Assembly (NCBI GenBank): GCA_963733195.1
Contig: CAVTCR010000008.1
Span: 1 to 64,000 of the forward strand
Reading direction: 5' to 3'
From: an uncultured delta proteobacterium
Lineage (GTDB): Bacteria; Desulfobacterota; Binatia; Bin18
DNA: 64,000 nucleotides
Shown: in pieces, positions 8,726 through 18,975 of the stretch
Layout: each line of letters starts with the position of its first letter
How positions within the stretch are numbered: the first letter of the stretch is position 1
The notes under the pieces: model-generated
Database searches by the model: none
What the model saw: the letters and a program-made list of their open reading frames with translations, nothing else
What the model was told of the DNA's origin: nothing
Position numbers and translations under genes: made by a program

Positions 8726-10754
8726 GAGAGTCCTTTCCATCTTCATCGGCCAGAAAGCGAGTGATATCCTCTGGCGTGAGTGTGGTCCACCGCTCTGCCA
8801 GCATCACTGCTGCCTGAATCGAAACCCGCTCGCTCTCCCCGACCAACTCGCGCGTAACCTGATAAGCATGGCCGTCACTCTGTAACATCCGTCCGTGGCC
8901 GTTTTCTGACCATTGGTCTCGGTGCAGGAGCACTGGCGGTGTTAGAAGTGAAGGAATGACTTCCTTCAGTAAGGGATCATCACCATCAACAAGAAAGTGG
9001 CAGTGCGAGCCGACCTCGCGGCAGAGGATGCGAATCTCGTTCTGTAGTGTTTGTAAAAATGCGATATCGCTAGAATAACTCGGAGTGAGATTCGTAAGGA
9101 CGGTAATGTCGGGACGCACCGTTTGCAGCAGCTGGTGCATATCTCCCGGTTGTCGCACGCCGAGTTCGAGAATCAAGATCTCCGGCTTCTCTGGAGAGAA
9201 GAACGCCGACCACGCAGCGCGGGCAAGGGTTTGGAGAATGGTCCAGGTGCTGTGAGTGTCAATTTCAAGATTGAGAACCGCGAGCGGTAACCCAATCTCA
9301 GTATTGTAGGAGCGAGGATTGGTACGAACACGATAGCGTCGTTCAAGCAACTCTCCCAGCACCCGTTTAATGACGGTTTTGCCGCGACTGCCAGCGATAG
9401 CGATGATCGTCGGCTGCGTCCGACGCAAGAACACACGCGCCAACATCTGTAAATACGGTACCGCGAGCTGGCGAAAACGATGGCGAGGTGTCTTCAGCTG
9501 TTGCTCGATAGGTTGCGGTGCCATAGTGGCAGTAGTCGTAGCAGCAGAGACTGACGACTGGACATGAAAGTATTCCTCCAGCCGTTCAAATGCGAGGTCA
9601 ATGTCTGACCGCTCACGGCCAAAGTTAATACGCAGATGTGACTCGCCACTAGGGCCGAAAGCAATGCCGGAAACCAACGCGACCTTTGCTCGTTCAAGGA
9701 TATCCAACGTGAGACGGCGAGAATCACGTGCCCAGCGTACAGTATCTTTTACGCGCGGAAAGACGAAGTATGCACCTTCTGGTTTTTGATAGTCGAAGAT
9801 ATGAGAAAGGCGATCCAGGTGCTCAACGGTACAATCCCGTCGCTCTTTGAACGCACGGCGAAACGCGGCAATGTGCGGCCCGCCCTGTTCGAGGGCGGCG
9901 ATAGCAGCATACTGAGAAACAACCGGTGCGCAGGTGACCAAGGCATCATGGATCTTCAAAATCTCGCGCACATTAGCGGCATCGGAGTGCAGATACCCAA
10001 CCCGCCAGCCGGTCATGCCATATGCTTTAGAGAACGTGTAAACGCGGACAATGCGTGAGCGTACTGCCGCGAGTTGCGCAGGAGAGAAGTATGCCTCTTT
10101 GCTGAAAACAAAATCCTTATACGCTTCATCAATGATCAGAAAGAGATCATGGCGTTCGGCAAGCGCAACCAGCTTGAGCGTCTCTGCGCGAGAAAAGACC
10201 GTGCCGGTGGGATTGTTGGGGTTACAATACAAAATCGCGCGAGTGCGGGAAGAGATGCACTGTTCAAACGCGTCAATGTCAAAAGCAAAGTTGTCTTCTT
10301 CATGCAGCGCAGCAAAACGAGGCGTACATCCGGCCAGGCGTATGACTTCCTGGTACGACGCATAGCTCGGTGTCGGCAGAATCACTTCATCGCCTGGTTG
10401 TGTGAGCGTCAACAACGTCGAGGCAATTCCTTCGATAGAACCACAGGTGACAATAATTTCATCATCTGGATCATAATGCATGCCATCACGGAGCAGAGAC
10501 TCAGCGATCAACTCTCGTAACTGTGGCAACCCAGGTGTAAGCGAGTATTTGGCACACGCACCTTCGGCGATTTTTTGCTGAACGAATATTTTGATCGGTT
10601 CCGGGGTGTCGAAACTCGGAATCCCTTGGGCCAGGGACACCACCCCGGGAATACGACTGGCCGCCAATTCGATTTCTTTGATTGGCGAGAGCTTCATTTG
10701 CGCGGTACGCGCAAAGCGCCGCTCGGTGCCGAGGACCGCGTGAGCAACGTTCAT
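8706..10754 (-). CDS. Class I/II PLP aminotransferase fused to a C-terminal Mur-ligase (MurF-like) central domain
   Basis: N-part: SLAQGIP, CNPNNPTG, DEAY, FSKAYGMTGWRVG. C-part: IIAIAGSRGKT, RSYNTEIGLPLAVL, ILELGVRQPGDM, RPDITVLTN. Single open frame with AGGAG RBS. Confidence 0.85.
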   Translation of the reverse strand: MNVAHAVLGTERRFARTAQMKLSPIKEIELAASRIPGVVSLAQGIPSFDTPEPIKIFVQQKIAEGACAKYSLTPGLPQLRELIAESLLRDGMHYDPDDEIIVTCGSIEGIASTLLTLTQPGDEVILPTPSYASYQEVIRLAGCTPRFAALHEEDNFAFDIDAFEQCISSRTRAILYCNPNNPTGTVFSRAETLKLVALAERHDLFLIIDEAYKDFVFSKEAYFSPAQLAAVRSRIVRVYTFSKAYGMTGWRVGYLHSDAANVREILKIHDALVTCAPVVSQYAAIAALEQGGPHIAAFRRAFKERRDCTVEHLDRLSHIFDYQKPEGAYFVFPRVKDTVRWARDSRRLTLDILERAKVALVSGIAFGPSGESHLRINFGRERSDIDLAFERLEEYFHVQSSVSAATTTATMAPQPIEQQLKTPRHRFRQLAVPYLQMLARVFLRRTQPTIIAIAGSRGKTVIKRVLGELLERRYRVRTNPRSYNTEIGLPLAVLNLEIDTHSTWTILQTLARAAWSAFFSPEKPEILILELGVRQPGDMHQLLQTVRPDITVLTNLTPSYSSDIAFLQTLQNEIRILCREVGSHCHFLVDGDDPLLKEVIPSLLTPPVLLHRDQWSENGHGRMLQSDGHAYQVTRELVGESERVSIQAAVMLAERWTTLTPEDITRFLADEDGKDSHASANI

Positions 10755-10868
10755 CAATTCTCCTTGTTGAGCAATCCAGATTTAGAGCAGCACGTAGGGG
10801 TTTGCAATGGAGCAGCGATGTGCGATAGTCCGCGCCGATGACTTTGTGAAGACGAAGGAGGACTCGAC

Positions 10869-11564
10869 ATGCAGAATCCATTGTTTACACGAGCTGAAGT
10901 TGAAGAGATGGAAAAGCGCACGGTCGATCGTCTCATCGAAACGATCGAGAGTGGCGATAAAGAAAAAGCCAAGAAGATTGCCCAACGCATGTATAACGAG
11001 TTTCTCAGCATGCATGATCTTTATCGCAACTGGACCACTGCGACACTGAGCGAGATTGGCAAACGTTTCGGCGACGAAGTGCTGGAACAGATTATGACCG
11101 AAGGCGTAAAAGCCTGGTGGCTGCCGAATTTAGAAAAGTTGCCGCAAGGACCAGAGGCGCTGCCGCAACGGATTAAGATGTTTGTGGCGGGATTGCATGG
11201 CCATTTGCAACCGATGCATATCGAAGAAGACGAAGAGAAAGTCGTGATTCAAATGCGACCATGCGGAAGTGGAGGGCGTCTGGTGTTGGAAGGGAAGTAC
11301 GAAGGGCCGAACGGATTCTATACCGTCGAGAAGCCACAACGGCAGACGTACAATCGTGCCAACTTCCCGGTCTATTGCGCGCACGAACCGCCGATGGAAA
11401 TGGTCGATATTGAAAAGAACGGTGCGCCTTTTGTGGTTGTGGAGCCTGCTGCGGTGCTTGGGAAAGAACATTGCTCTTTCATCATCTACAAAGATCGCAG
11501 CAAAGTCCCGGCAAAATATTACGAGCGATTAGGATTGAAGAAACCGGAGAACCCCGCAAAGTAA
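10869..11564 (+). CDS. Uncharacterised Cys/His-motif protein (possible V4R/H-NOX-like fold)
   Basis: Strong RBS GGAGGA; motifs MHD, LHGH, PCGSGG, YCAH, HC. Confidence 0.75.
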   Translation: MQNPLFTRAEVEEMEKRTVDRLIETIESGDKEKAKKIAQRMYNEFLSMHDLYRNWTTATLSEIGKRFGDEVLEQIMTEGVKAWWLPNLEKLPQGPEALPQRIKMFVAGLHGHLQPMHIEEDEEKVVIQMRPCGSGGRLVLEGKYEGPNGFYTVEKPQRQTYNRANFPVYCAHEPPMEMVDIEKNGAPFVVVEPAAVLGKEHCSFIIYKDRSKVPAKYYERLGLKKPENPAK

Positions 11565-11614
11565 GGCCGAAGAGAGTGCATAATTGCATTTCGTGGCAAG
11601 CAAAGGAGTCTGCC

Positions 11615-12805
11615 ATGTTACAAGCTGGAGTCGGATTATCTACACAACAGGACACCGAAAAGGCTGCGTTTGAAGCTGCATATACGGCACTTACGCGAAC
11701 CGGAAGCAGTCACGCCGACTTTGCTCTCGTGTTCGCGACGGCGAGTCATGGTCCAGGGTATTCACTTTTGCTGCGTACGATTCAAGAGACCACACAAGCC
11801 ACACATGTCGTCGGATGTAGCGCCGGCGGAGTGCTCACTACCGATGGAGAAATCGAGCGTGCCTCTGGAGTGGCAGTGCTGACCGTGCGAACCGATGCCT
11901 TTGTGGCGTCACGATTTTTTATTCCGCAATTGCGTGGGCATGGCTACGAAACAGGAAAAGAAGTGGCTGCCCATGTTCAACCTCGACTCAAAGATGACAA
12001 TCTCTTGGCCGTCTTTCCTGACACCTATAATTTCAATGCAGCCTCCTTCTTTCATGGATTATCCGAGAGAGTTCCACACCTTGTGACTGTCGGTGGGGGT
12101 GCCTCGGAAGATGGCAGCGTCGGTGAAACGTTTCAACTCTGCGGTGATACAGTGAGCAATAATGCCGTGTGTGGTTTGTTGCTGAGTGGACACTTTCAGC
12201 ACTCGATGAGTATTGCCCAGGCGTGTCAACCGATTGGCCCTGTCCATACCGTGACCAAATCGCATCAGAATCTCTTGCTCGAACTTGATGGACGTCCAGC
12301 GTTTGAAGTTTTCGCCGAGGTAGTGCGTAAACCGTTGGCGGATGATCTGCAGCGCGCAGCAACGTTTGTTTTCATTGGCTTGCCAGTCGATAGTGAGCGA
12401 CAACACATTGCTCGTGGTGAATATGTGGTTCGCAACATTGTTGGGTTCGATCCCGAGCAGGGGATCGTAGCCGTGGCAGATGAAATTCGCCAAGGACAAA
12501 AGATGGTGTTCACGCTACGTAATGGAGACGGCTCACGCGAGGATTTGAAAGTTACGTTAGAGGAACAGGCTCAAGCATGGGAAGGAACCCCACCCAGTTT
12601 TGGTCTCTATATTAATTGCCTCGGGCGTGGTAGCGGGCTCTACGGATTTCCTGATCTCGACACGTCGTATATTAAACAATACTTTGGAGAGATCCCGTTA
12701 ATCGGCTTCTTCTCAGGTTGTGAAATTGCACCGATCCGCAAACAATCTGCACTTCATCAATACTCTGGAGTACTCGTGCTGGTGGGGGAAAGAACGGTAC
12801 ATTGA
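11615..12805 (+). CDS. FIST N/C domain sensory protein (NosP-like)
   Basis: VVGCSAGGV, VGGGAS, AQACQPIG, LELDGRPA, YVVRNIVGFD, NCLGRG, GFFSGCEI; start after AAGGAG. Confidence 0.9.
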   Translation: MLQAGVGLSTQQDTEKAAFEAAYTALTRTGSSHADFALVFATASHGPGYSLLLRTIQETTQATHVVGCSAGGVLTTDGEIERASGVAVLTVRTDAFVASRFFIPQLRGHGYETGKEVAAHVQPRLKDDNLLAVFPDTYNFNAASFFHGLSERVPHLVTVGGGASEDGSVGETFQLCGDTVSNNAVCGLLLSGHFQHSMSIAQACQPIGPVHTVTKSHQNLLLELDGRPAFEVFAEVVRKPLADDLQRAATFVFIGLPVDSERQHIARGEYVVRNIVGFDPEQGIVAVADEIRQGQKMVFTLRNGDGSREDLKVTLEEQAQAWEGTPPSFGLYINCLGRGSGLYGFPDLDTSYIKQYFGEIPLIGFFSGCEIAPIRKQSALHQYSGVLVLVGERTVH

Positions 12806-12917
12806 CCGGACGGTAATGGGAATCACGCAACACGCAAGACGTGGTACGTGATTCGTAATGCGTGATGCGTCATAGGGACAACCTTGAACGTGAAACTTTG
12901 AACCTGAAACGTATTCA

Positions 12918-13310
12918 TCAGAACGGCCACAACCGACCCCAAAAGCTTTCGTCTTCTTCCGTACTTGCCGATTCTTTCGGCTTGTCCTGTCCTTTTGATG
13001 ATGAGGAAGCCGCTCTTTCTTCGCTTAACCAAGGATAAGGATTGAGGCGAGAAAGCCAAGTGGGTTTATCAACCGTTGACCCTGGTGGAGGTTGAAGGTC
13101 TTCTGCTGAAGCATAGCTTGGCGTCTCAGGGGTAAATGCTTTTGGTTCAACCCCAGCCGCCTTTGCATAGCGAGGTAAGCAACACATGTGGTCGTAGCAG
13201 CATGCGGCTTTTTCCTCACAACACTCAACTTTCTTCGCTGGGGTCACGTACGAGCAAGAGCTACACAACACAAACAAGAGAAACAACAACAACGATGACG
13301 CGTTCTTCAT
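12918..13310 (-). CDS. Small Cys-rich putative lipoprotein
   Basis: Hydrophobic signal ending LCSSC, then CC-x5-CC-x4-CC, a Pro/Ser/Glu-rich linker and WLSRLNPY / FWGRLWPF motifs. Confidence 0.65.
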   Translation of the reverse strand: MKNASSLLLFLLFVLCSSCSYVTPAKKVECCEEKAACCYDHMCCLPRYAKAAGVEPKAFTPETPSYASAEDLQPPPGSTVDKPTWLSRLNPYPWLSEERAASSSSKGQDKPKESASTEEDESFWGRLWPF

Positions 13311-13583
13311 ACCGCCTCTTCGGCCTCTTCTCACATTCAGTTAATACCTATGCAGAGCTGCAGACTATGGTGAGGAAACAGTGCGAATGCACCTCCCCCG
13401 TTTCTGCGTGGCAGCTACCATAGCATGGGTTTACATAAGAGGAAGCCCTGGCAACGGCAAAAAACAGTGCCAAGTTTTCAGATGTAAAGTTTCGAGTTTC
13501 ACGCTTATTTTCTCATTTTCCCTTTTACGCATTTCTCTTTTCCCCCCTGTAATCCGTCTCCTGTCCCTTGTACCCTGTTTCTC

Positions 13584-14825
13584 ATGTCCCTCAAACTTCT
13601 TGCCATGACTGTCCGTGTGGCGCTGCGTTCGCTGCGTCGCAATGCGCTGCGCTCGGTCCTCACCATGCTCGGCATTATTTTTGGTGTCGGAGCGGTGATT
13701 GCAATGGTGGCGATTAGTCAGGGAGCCGATGCGTTCATTCAATCGCAGATTAACAGCCTTGGGACGAACATCGTCATGGTTATGCCTGGGGCGACGACGT
13801 CCGGTGGAGCCCGCTCGGGCTATGGAGGCGCGGCGACGCTTACGGTTGCTGATGCGCTCGCGATTCCGCGAGAATGTCCCTCGGTTGCTGCGGCTACATA
13901 TCTAAAGCGCCAGACGATGCAGGTTGTTGTTGGCAATCAGAATTGGAGCACGATGATTCAAGGCGTGAGTGCGGACTACATTACAGTTCGCGATTGGCCG
14001 GTGATGGCTGGTCGCTTCTTCACCCGCCAAGAAGAGACCACCGCAGCACGGGTCGCGCTGCTTGGTGAGACTGCAGCCCGTAACCTCTTTGCGAGGGGAC
14101 AAGATCCGCTGGGCGCAACTATTCGCATTCAGAATGTGCCCTTCCAAGTGATTGGGATGCTGTCTGTGAAAGGGCAGACTGGCTGGGGACAAGATCAAGA
14201 CGATACCGTGGTCATTCCCTTTTCTACTGCTGAGCGGAAACTGATTGGGGCCGAAATCCTTGGCCTCGTCAACTTGGTGTTAGTGTCTGCACAAGACGCG
14301 AGTGTGACTGCTCAAGCAGAGCAAGAAATCCGTGCGTTATTACGGGCACGACACCGTATTCCCGAGACGCAAAAAGAGGAGGATTTTAGTCTGCGGCGCC
14401 TCCAGGAGATTGCTGATGCCTCAGCCGGAGCAAGTCAGGTGATGACGATTCTGCTCGCGTCAGTAGCGTCCATTGCACTTCTCGTCGGCGGTATTGGCAT
14501 TATGAACATCTTGTTAGTTTCTGTCACCGAACGCACACGGGAAATTGGTCTACGCATGGCGGTGGGCGCGAAGGCACGACATATTCTCATGCAGTTCTTA
14601 GTGGAAGCGTTCATTCTGAGTTTGGTTGGTGGGTTGCTCGGGGTGGCGTTAGGTATAGGCAGCGCGCATCTAGTGGCGCGGTTCGCTCATTGGCCAAGTC
14701 TCGTATCGCCAGTAGTGGTGGTTGGTTCACTCGCCTTTTCCGGCATCGTTGGGCTCATCTTTGGTTATTATCCAGCGTATAAGGCATCTCGACTCGACCC
14801 AATTGAGGCATTACGGTACGAATAA
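13584..14825 (+). CDS. MacB-like ABC transporter permease
   Basis: RSVLTMLGIIFGVGAVIAM, VGGIGIMNILLVSVTERTREIGLRMAVGA, PAYKASRLDPIEALRYE. Confidence 0.95.
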   Translation: MSLKLLAMTVRVALRSLRRNALRSVLTMLGIIFGVGAVIAMVAISQGADAFIQSQINSLGTNIVMVMPGATTSGGARSGYGGAATLTVADALAIPRECPSVAAATYLKRQTMQVVVGNQNWSTMIQGVSADYITVRDWPVMAGRFFTRQEETTAARVALLGETAARNLFARGQDPLGATIRIQNVPFQVIGMLSVKGQTGWGQDQDDTVVIPFSTAERKLIGAEILGLVNLVLVSAQDASVTAQAEQEIRALLRARHRIPETQKEEDFSLRRLQEIADASAGASQVMTILLASVASIALLVGGIGIMNILLVSVTERTREIGLRMAVGAKARHILMQFLVEAFILSLVGGLLGVALGIGSAHLVARFAHWPSLVSPVVVVGSLAFSGIVGLIFGYYPAYKASRLDPIEALRYE

Positions 14826-14828
14826 CAA

Positions 14829-15689
14829 ATGAGTGCAGTGAAAACTCCAGCGGTAGGACATGAAGCGTGCCTATTCACTCCCACTGACCACTTCCTCAAT
14901 CTGCGTGGCGTCACGCTTCATTATCTCGAATGGGGAGATGTCGCCAACTCGCCACTCATCCTGCTGCATGGTGGGTCTGCTCATGCTCATTGGTGGGATC
15001 ATATTGCCTCGGTGTTGGCGTGCGACTTTCATGTTCTTGCAGTTGATTTGCGCGGGCATGGTGACAGTAGTTGGGTCAATAGTGCGCCAGCCTATCAGAT
15101 TGAAAACTACGTTGCTGATCTTGCCGAATTTGTGTCGCTTCTGGCACTGCCCACTTTCGTGTTGATTGGACACTCACTTGGTGGTTTTGTCGCAATGACC
15201 TATGCAAGTATGCAGTCATCGCATGTGCGAGCGTTGGTGGTGGTCGACATTGGCCCGCGTATCGGCGGTAATCGCTTCATGCGACTGCTACGGCGGATGC
15301 CATCTCCAATGTATACTGATGAAGACGATGTATATGCCCGGTTTCGTTTATTGCCGGAGCAAACGTATGCTGCGCCTGACCTTTTCCGTCACATTGCCTG
15401 GAACAGTGTGCGCCAACAGGAAGATGGGAACTTAACGCTGAAATTTGACCGCGCGACCTTAGGTCGTGAGCCTCGGGAGCTATGGGCTCAGCTCCCTGAC
15501 ATCCACTGTCCGACCTTATTTCTCCGTGGAGGTGAAAGCCACAATTTATCTACAGAGACACTTGCAGAAATGGTTCGCTTGTGTCCTCAGGCACGCGGGG
15601 TAGAAATTGCGGGCGCTGGGCATCATATTTTTCTTGACACTCCAGAGGAATTTCTTGTAGAGGTGCGGAGTTTTCTGTTGGGGATATGA
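14829..15689 (+). CDS. Alpha/beta-fold hydrolase
   Basis: LLHGG, DLRGHGDS, GHSLGG nucleophile elbow, AGHH. Confidence 0.92.
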   Translation: MSAVKTPAVGHEACLFTPTDHFLNLRGVTLHYLEWGDVANSPLILLHGGSAHAHWWDHIASVLACDFHVLAVDLRGHGDSSWVNSAPAYQIENYVADLAEFVSLLALPTFVLIGHSLGGFVAMTYASMQSSHVRALVVVDIGPRIGGNRFMRLLRRMPSPMYTDEDDVYARFRLLPEQTYAAPDLFRHIAWNSVRQQEDGNLTLKFDRATLGREPRELWAQLPDIHCPTLFLRGGESHNLSTETLAEMVRLCPQARGVEIAGAGHHIFLDTPEEFLVEVRSFLLGI

Positions 15690-15701
15690 GGAGGAGAACC
15701 T

Positions 15702-16444
15702 ATGCAAGATTTGATTGAACGTGCAGCTCGGATCATACGAACGGCACGAAAAACGATCGCTCTCACTGGTGCCGGGATCTCTGCCGAAAGCGGTATCCCC
15801 ACGTTTCGTGATCCAGGTGGATTATGGGATCGCTATGACCCAGAAGAATATGCCACGATCGAGGCGTTCCGTCGTACTCCAGGAAAAGTGTGGCAAATGA
15901 TGCGCGATTTTGTCGAACTGAAAACCGCACGGCCCAACCCTGGCCACTACGGTCTCGCGCAACTTGAACAGATGGGGTTCCTGCACTGTGTCATCACGCA
16001 GAACGTCGACAACCTTCACCAAGATGCGGGCAGTCGTGATGTGATCGAGTTCCACGGTAATATGCGGCAGGTGATTTGCCAGCGCTGTCAGAAAGTATTG
16101 CCACTGGAAGAGATCGCACTTGATACGTTACCACCGTACTGCGTGTGTGGTGGTGTCTTCAAACCAGCGGGAGTCTTTTTTGGCGAACCGATTCCCGAGC
16201 ATGCGATGTATCGCTCGCAAGAGGCGCCCAGAGTTGCGACCTGATTCTTGTGATCGGGACCTCGGCGGTCGTTTATCCGGCAGCCGACATTCCCCGCGTA
16301 GCCAAACAATCTGGTGCGCAAGTGATTGAGATCAATCCAGAGCATACGGATCTCACCGGGCCGATTTCTGACTTCATCATTCAAGGAAAAGCTGGTGTGG
16401 CAATCCCACAGATTGTTGCTGCGATCAAAGCCATGGCGTCGTAA
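15702..16444 (+). CDS. cobB: NAD-dependent protein deacylase (sirtuin), frameshift near 16225
   Basis: TGAGISAESGIPTFR, ITQNVDNLH, FHG, Cys pairs; continues in ORF 16145..16444 with IGTSAVVYPAA, EINPE. Confidence 0.9.
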
Positions 16445-16775
16445 AGGTCAGGCATCCTTTATCTGGAGCCTACAGTGCTTTTCTCAAATACCAGATTGGT
16501 CCGTGAAAAGGGAATCCACTACCGACCTCTTCATGCAAGTGAAAACCGCTGTAGCAATCAGTCACTCTGAATTTGGTAGCCTTGTCTTTCTTGGGATTCA
16601 CATAGGTTGTGAGGGATTTTTCTGTTCCATCATCTGACGGAGTGCTTCAACCTCACGGGCGAGGTCGCGGTGACGACGGGAAAGAGAAAAGAGGTAGAAA
16701 AAGACAATTATCCAGACTGCGAGAAATGCCGCAAATAAGTACGAGACATGATCCATCTTTTTTCCTCCCCTCCCG

Positions 16776-17456
16776 CTACGCTGTTGCCACAGCCTGACGG
16801 CGAAGCGTGGTAATCTCCTCGCGTAAGCTCAGGTTGCGCAGGCGTAGCCACAACATCCACGTAAACAAACACAGAAACGCAACTGTACACATCAACAGAG
16901 TCCACATCATCTCTGGCGCCAATCCCCCTCGCTCGATCGTAGGATGTATTCCCCGCCACAATCGCACAGAAATATGCAACAGCGGAATATCCAGCACGCC
17001 AACAATCCCGAGCACGGCAGCGTAACGCGCAATCTGCTCAGTATCGCCAGCGAGGTGGCGCAGCAGCAAATAGGCTGCGTATATGGTCCACAATACTATG
17101 ACCATGGTGAGGCGAGGGTCCCACGTCCACCACACTCCCCAAATCGGTCGTGCCCAAATCGACCCGGTAATCAGCACGATGGTACAGAACACCATGCCGA
17201 TCTCTGCTGCGGCTCGCGCTAAGAGATCAGAGAAGCGACTGCCTTGCCACAAATACGAGGCACTCGCTCCTGCGACAATAAAGAATCCGAGAAACGTGTT
17301 CCAAGCGGCGGGTAGATGGAAATAAAAGATGCGCTGGACGATACCTTGCACGCGTTCATTGGGGACGTAGAGAAAGACCATCGCTAACGCTGCAATCATG
17401 GTTGCCAACGTCAACCAGGGAAGAACGTTATCCGCAAACGGGGCGAAGCGTTTCAT
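16776..17456 (-). CDS. ccmC: Heme exporter / cytochrome c biogenesis protein CcmC
   Basis: RIFYFHLP and WWD motif TGSIWARPIWGVWWTWDPRLT; follows ccmAB. Confidence 0.93.
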   Translation of the reverse strand: MKRFAPFADNVLPWLTLATMIAALAMVFLYVPNERVQGIVQRIFYFHLPAAWNTFLGFFIVAGASASYLWQGSRFSDLLARAAAEIGMVFCTIVLITGSIWARPIWGVWWTWDPRLTMVIVLWTIYAAYLLLRHLAGDTEQIARYAAVLGIVGVLDIPLLHISVRLWRGIHPTIERGGLAPEMMWTLLMCTVAFLCLFTWMLWLRLRNLSLREEITTLRRQAVATA

Positions 17457-17458
17457 CG

Positions 17459-18112
17459 TTACTCCTGCACGACCTGTGAAAAAATTAACCACCCTGTGAC
17501 GACAAAGATAATATCGAAGGCGATCAGGACGCGGAACCACACTCCATTCCACTCCTCCCCCGTAAGCACTGCACTCGTGACTTTTACGGCTGCAATCAAC
17601 AGCGGAACGAGTAACGGAAGCAGCATAATTGGCAGTAGCACTTCACGAGCACGGGTGCGCACAGCAATGGCGGCAAACAAGGTCCCGAGCGCGGAGAACC
17701 CAACGGTGCCGAGCAGGAGGACGACTGGAAGCATGAGTAACGAGCGTGAGAACGGCACACCGAAAAAGGCGAGTGAGAGTGGGGCGACGACGACTTCGAC
17801 CAAGAGAAGAAATAGAACATTACCTAGCATCTTTGCCAAGAAGAGCGTCCCTGGGTCGATGGGGCACAGCAGGAGACCAGAGAAGCATCCACGTTCCTGT
17901 TCGAGAAGGAAGGAGCGTTGCAAACTCAGCATGCCAGAAAACACGAGCGTAACCCACAACAGCGCGGCTTCAATTTCTGGACCCTGAACTTGCTCGGGGC
18001 TCAAGGCAAAGACAAACACCAATACGATCAAGAGAGACAGGACAAAAAGTGATGAAATCCGCTCTTTGGTACGGAATTCGAGCAGCAAGTCTTTCCACAA
18101 CAAGGCGAGCAT
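17459..18112 (-). CDS. ccmB: Heme exporter permease CcmB
   Basis: WKDLLLEFR, EQERGCFSGLLLCP, LFLAK, LLPIMLLPLLVP. Confidence 0.92.
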   Translation of the reverse strand: MLALLWKDLLLEFRTKERISSLFVLSLLIVLVFVFALSPEQVQGPEIEAALLWVTLVFSGMLSLQRSFLLEQERGCFSGLLLCPIDPGTLFLAKMLGNVLFLLLVEVVVAPLSLAFFGVPFSRSLLMLPVVLLLGTVGFSALGTLFAAIAVRTRAREVLLPIMLLPLLVPLLIAAVKVTSAVLTGEEWNGVWFRVLIAFDIIFVVTGWLIFSQVVQE

Positions 18113-18114
18113 GG

Positions 18115-18843
18115 TTATGCGTGTTGCGTGTTGCGTGTTGCGTGTTGCGTACTCACGTCGTAGATGTCGGCAAATTCTTGTGCATCAGGAAGGTGACCGT
18201 TGGACTGCCAGACGATACGACCGCGACTGAAAATGAGTGCCCGGTCGCACAACCCAAGCCCAAGGGCAAAGTCATGGGTGGTGAATATAACAGTCTTCCC
18301 TTGTGCCTTGGTTTGCATGAGAGCCGTTTGTAATGTTGTAACACCTCGCGTGTCGAGGCCGGTGTAGGGCTCATCAAACAGTAACAATTCAGGTTCGTGC
18401 AACAACGCTCGTGCTAAGGCGACACGTTGTTCCATCCCGCGCGAGAAGGTACGTACCTGCGTGTTCCCCCAGTCTTGTAGACCAACAAACTGCAAGACAA
18501 AGGCAATACGATCACGAAGATCAGGGAGGCCATACGCTTTGCCATAAAATGTGAGGTTCTCGATCGGGGTAAGGTCAGGATAGAGAAAACTCTCGTGACC
18601 GAGGAATCCGAGTTTTCGTCGTACGACTGGATTGTCAGGCGTATAGCCGAAGAGTTGTAGTGTTCCACTTGACGGCTTCAGCAACGTTGCTAACAACCGT
18701 AGAAAGGTTGTTTTCCCTGCACCATTTGGACCAAAGATGGCAACAGTCTCTCCTTGGGCGACGCGGTACGAAACACCGTACAATACCGGCACCCAGGCAA
18801 ACGTTTTGCTGAGGTTTTCGGCTTCGATCACCCAGGGAGTCAT
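18115..18843 (-). CDS. ccmA: Heme ABC exporter ATP-binding subunit CcmA
   Basis: GPNGAGKTT, FSRGMEQR, LLFDEPYTGLD; operon context. Confidence 0.9.
   Translation of the reverse strand: MTPWVIEAENLSKTFAWVPVLYGVSYRVAQGETVAIFGPNGAGKTTFLRLLATLLKPSSGTLQLFGYTPDNPVVRRKLGFLGHESFLYPDLTPIENLTFYGKAYGLPDLRDRIAFVLQFVGLQDWGNTQVRTFSRGMEQRVALARALLHEPELLLFDEPYTGLDTRGVTTLQTALMQTKAQGKTVIFTTHDFALGLGLCDRALIFSRGRIVWQSNGHLPDAQEFADIYDVSTQHATRNTQHA
18118..18150. repeat. Heptamer tandem repeat (TGCGTGT)4+ inside the ccmA 3' end
   Basis: Four perfect units plus TGCGT; encodes TQHATRNTQHA. Confidence 0.85.
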
Positions 18844-18975
18844 AAAGTGTGTGGATTGTAGACGGGAGATGGTGGATTGTAGAGGGCGGGTGGTTCATTG
18901 ATTTCCCTGTTGTGTTTGTCTTGCTTCGTGCTACTAGATCAAGGGTAGTACTTTCTTAGGGGTGAGAAGCAAACT

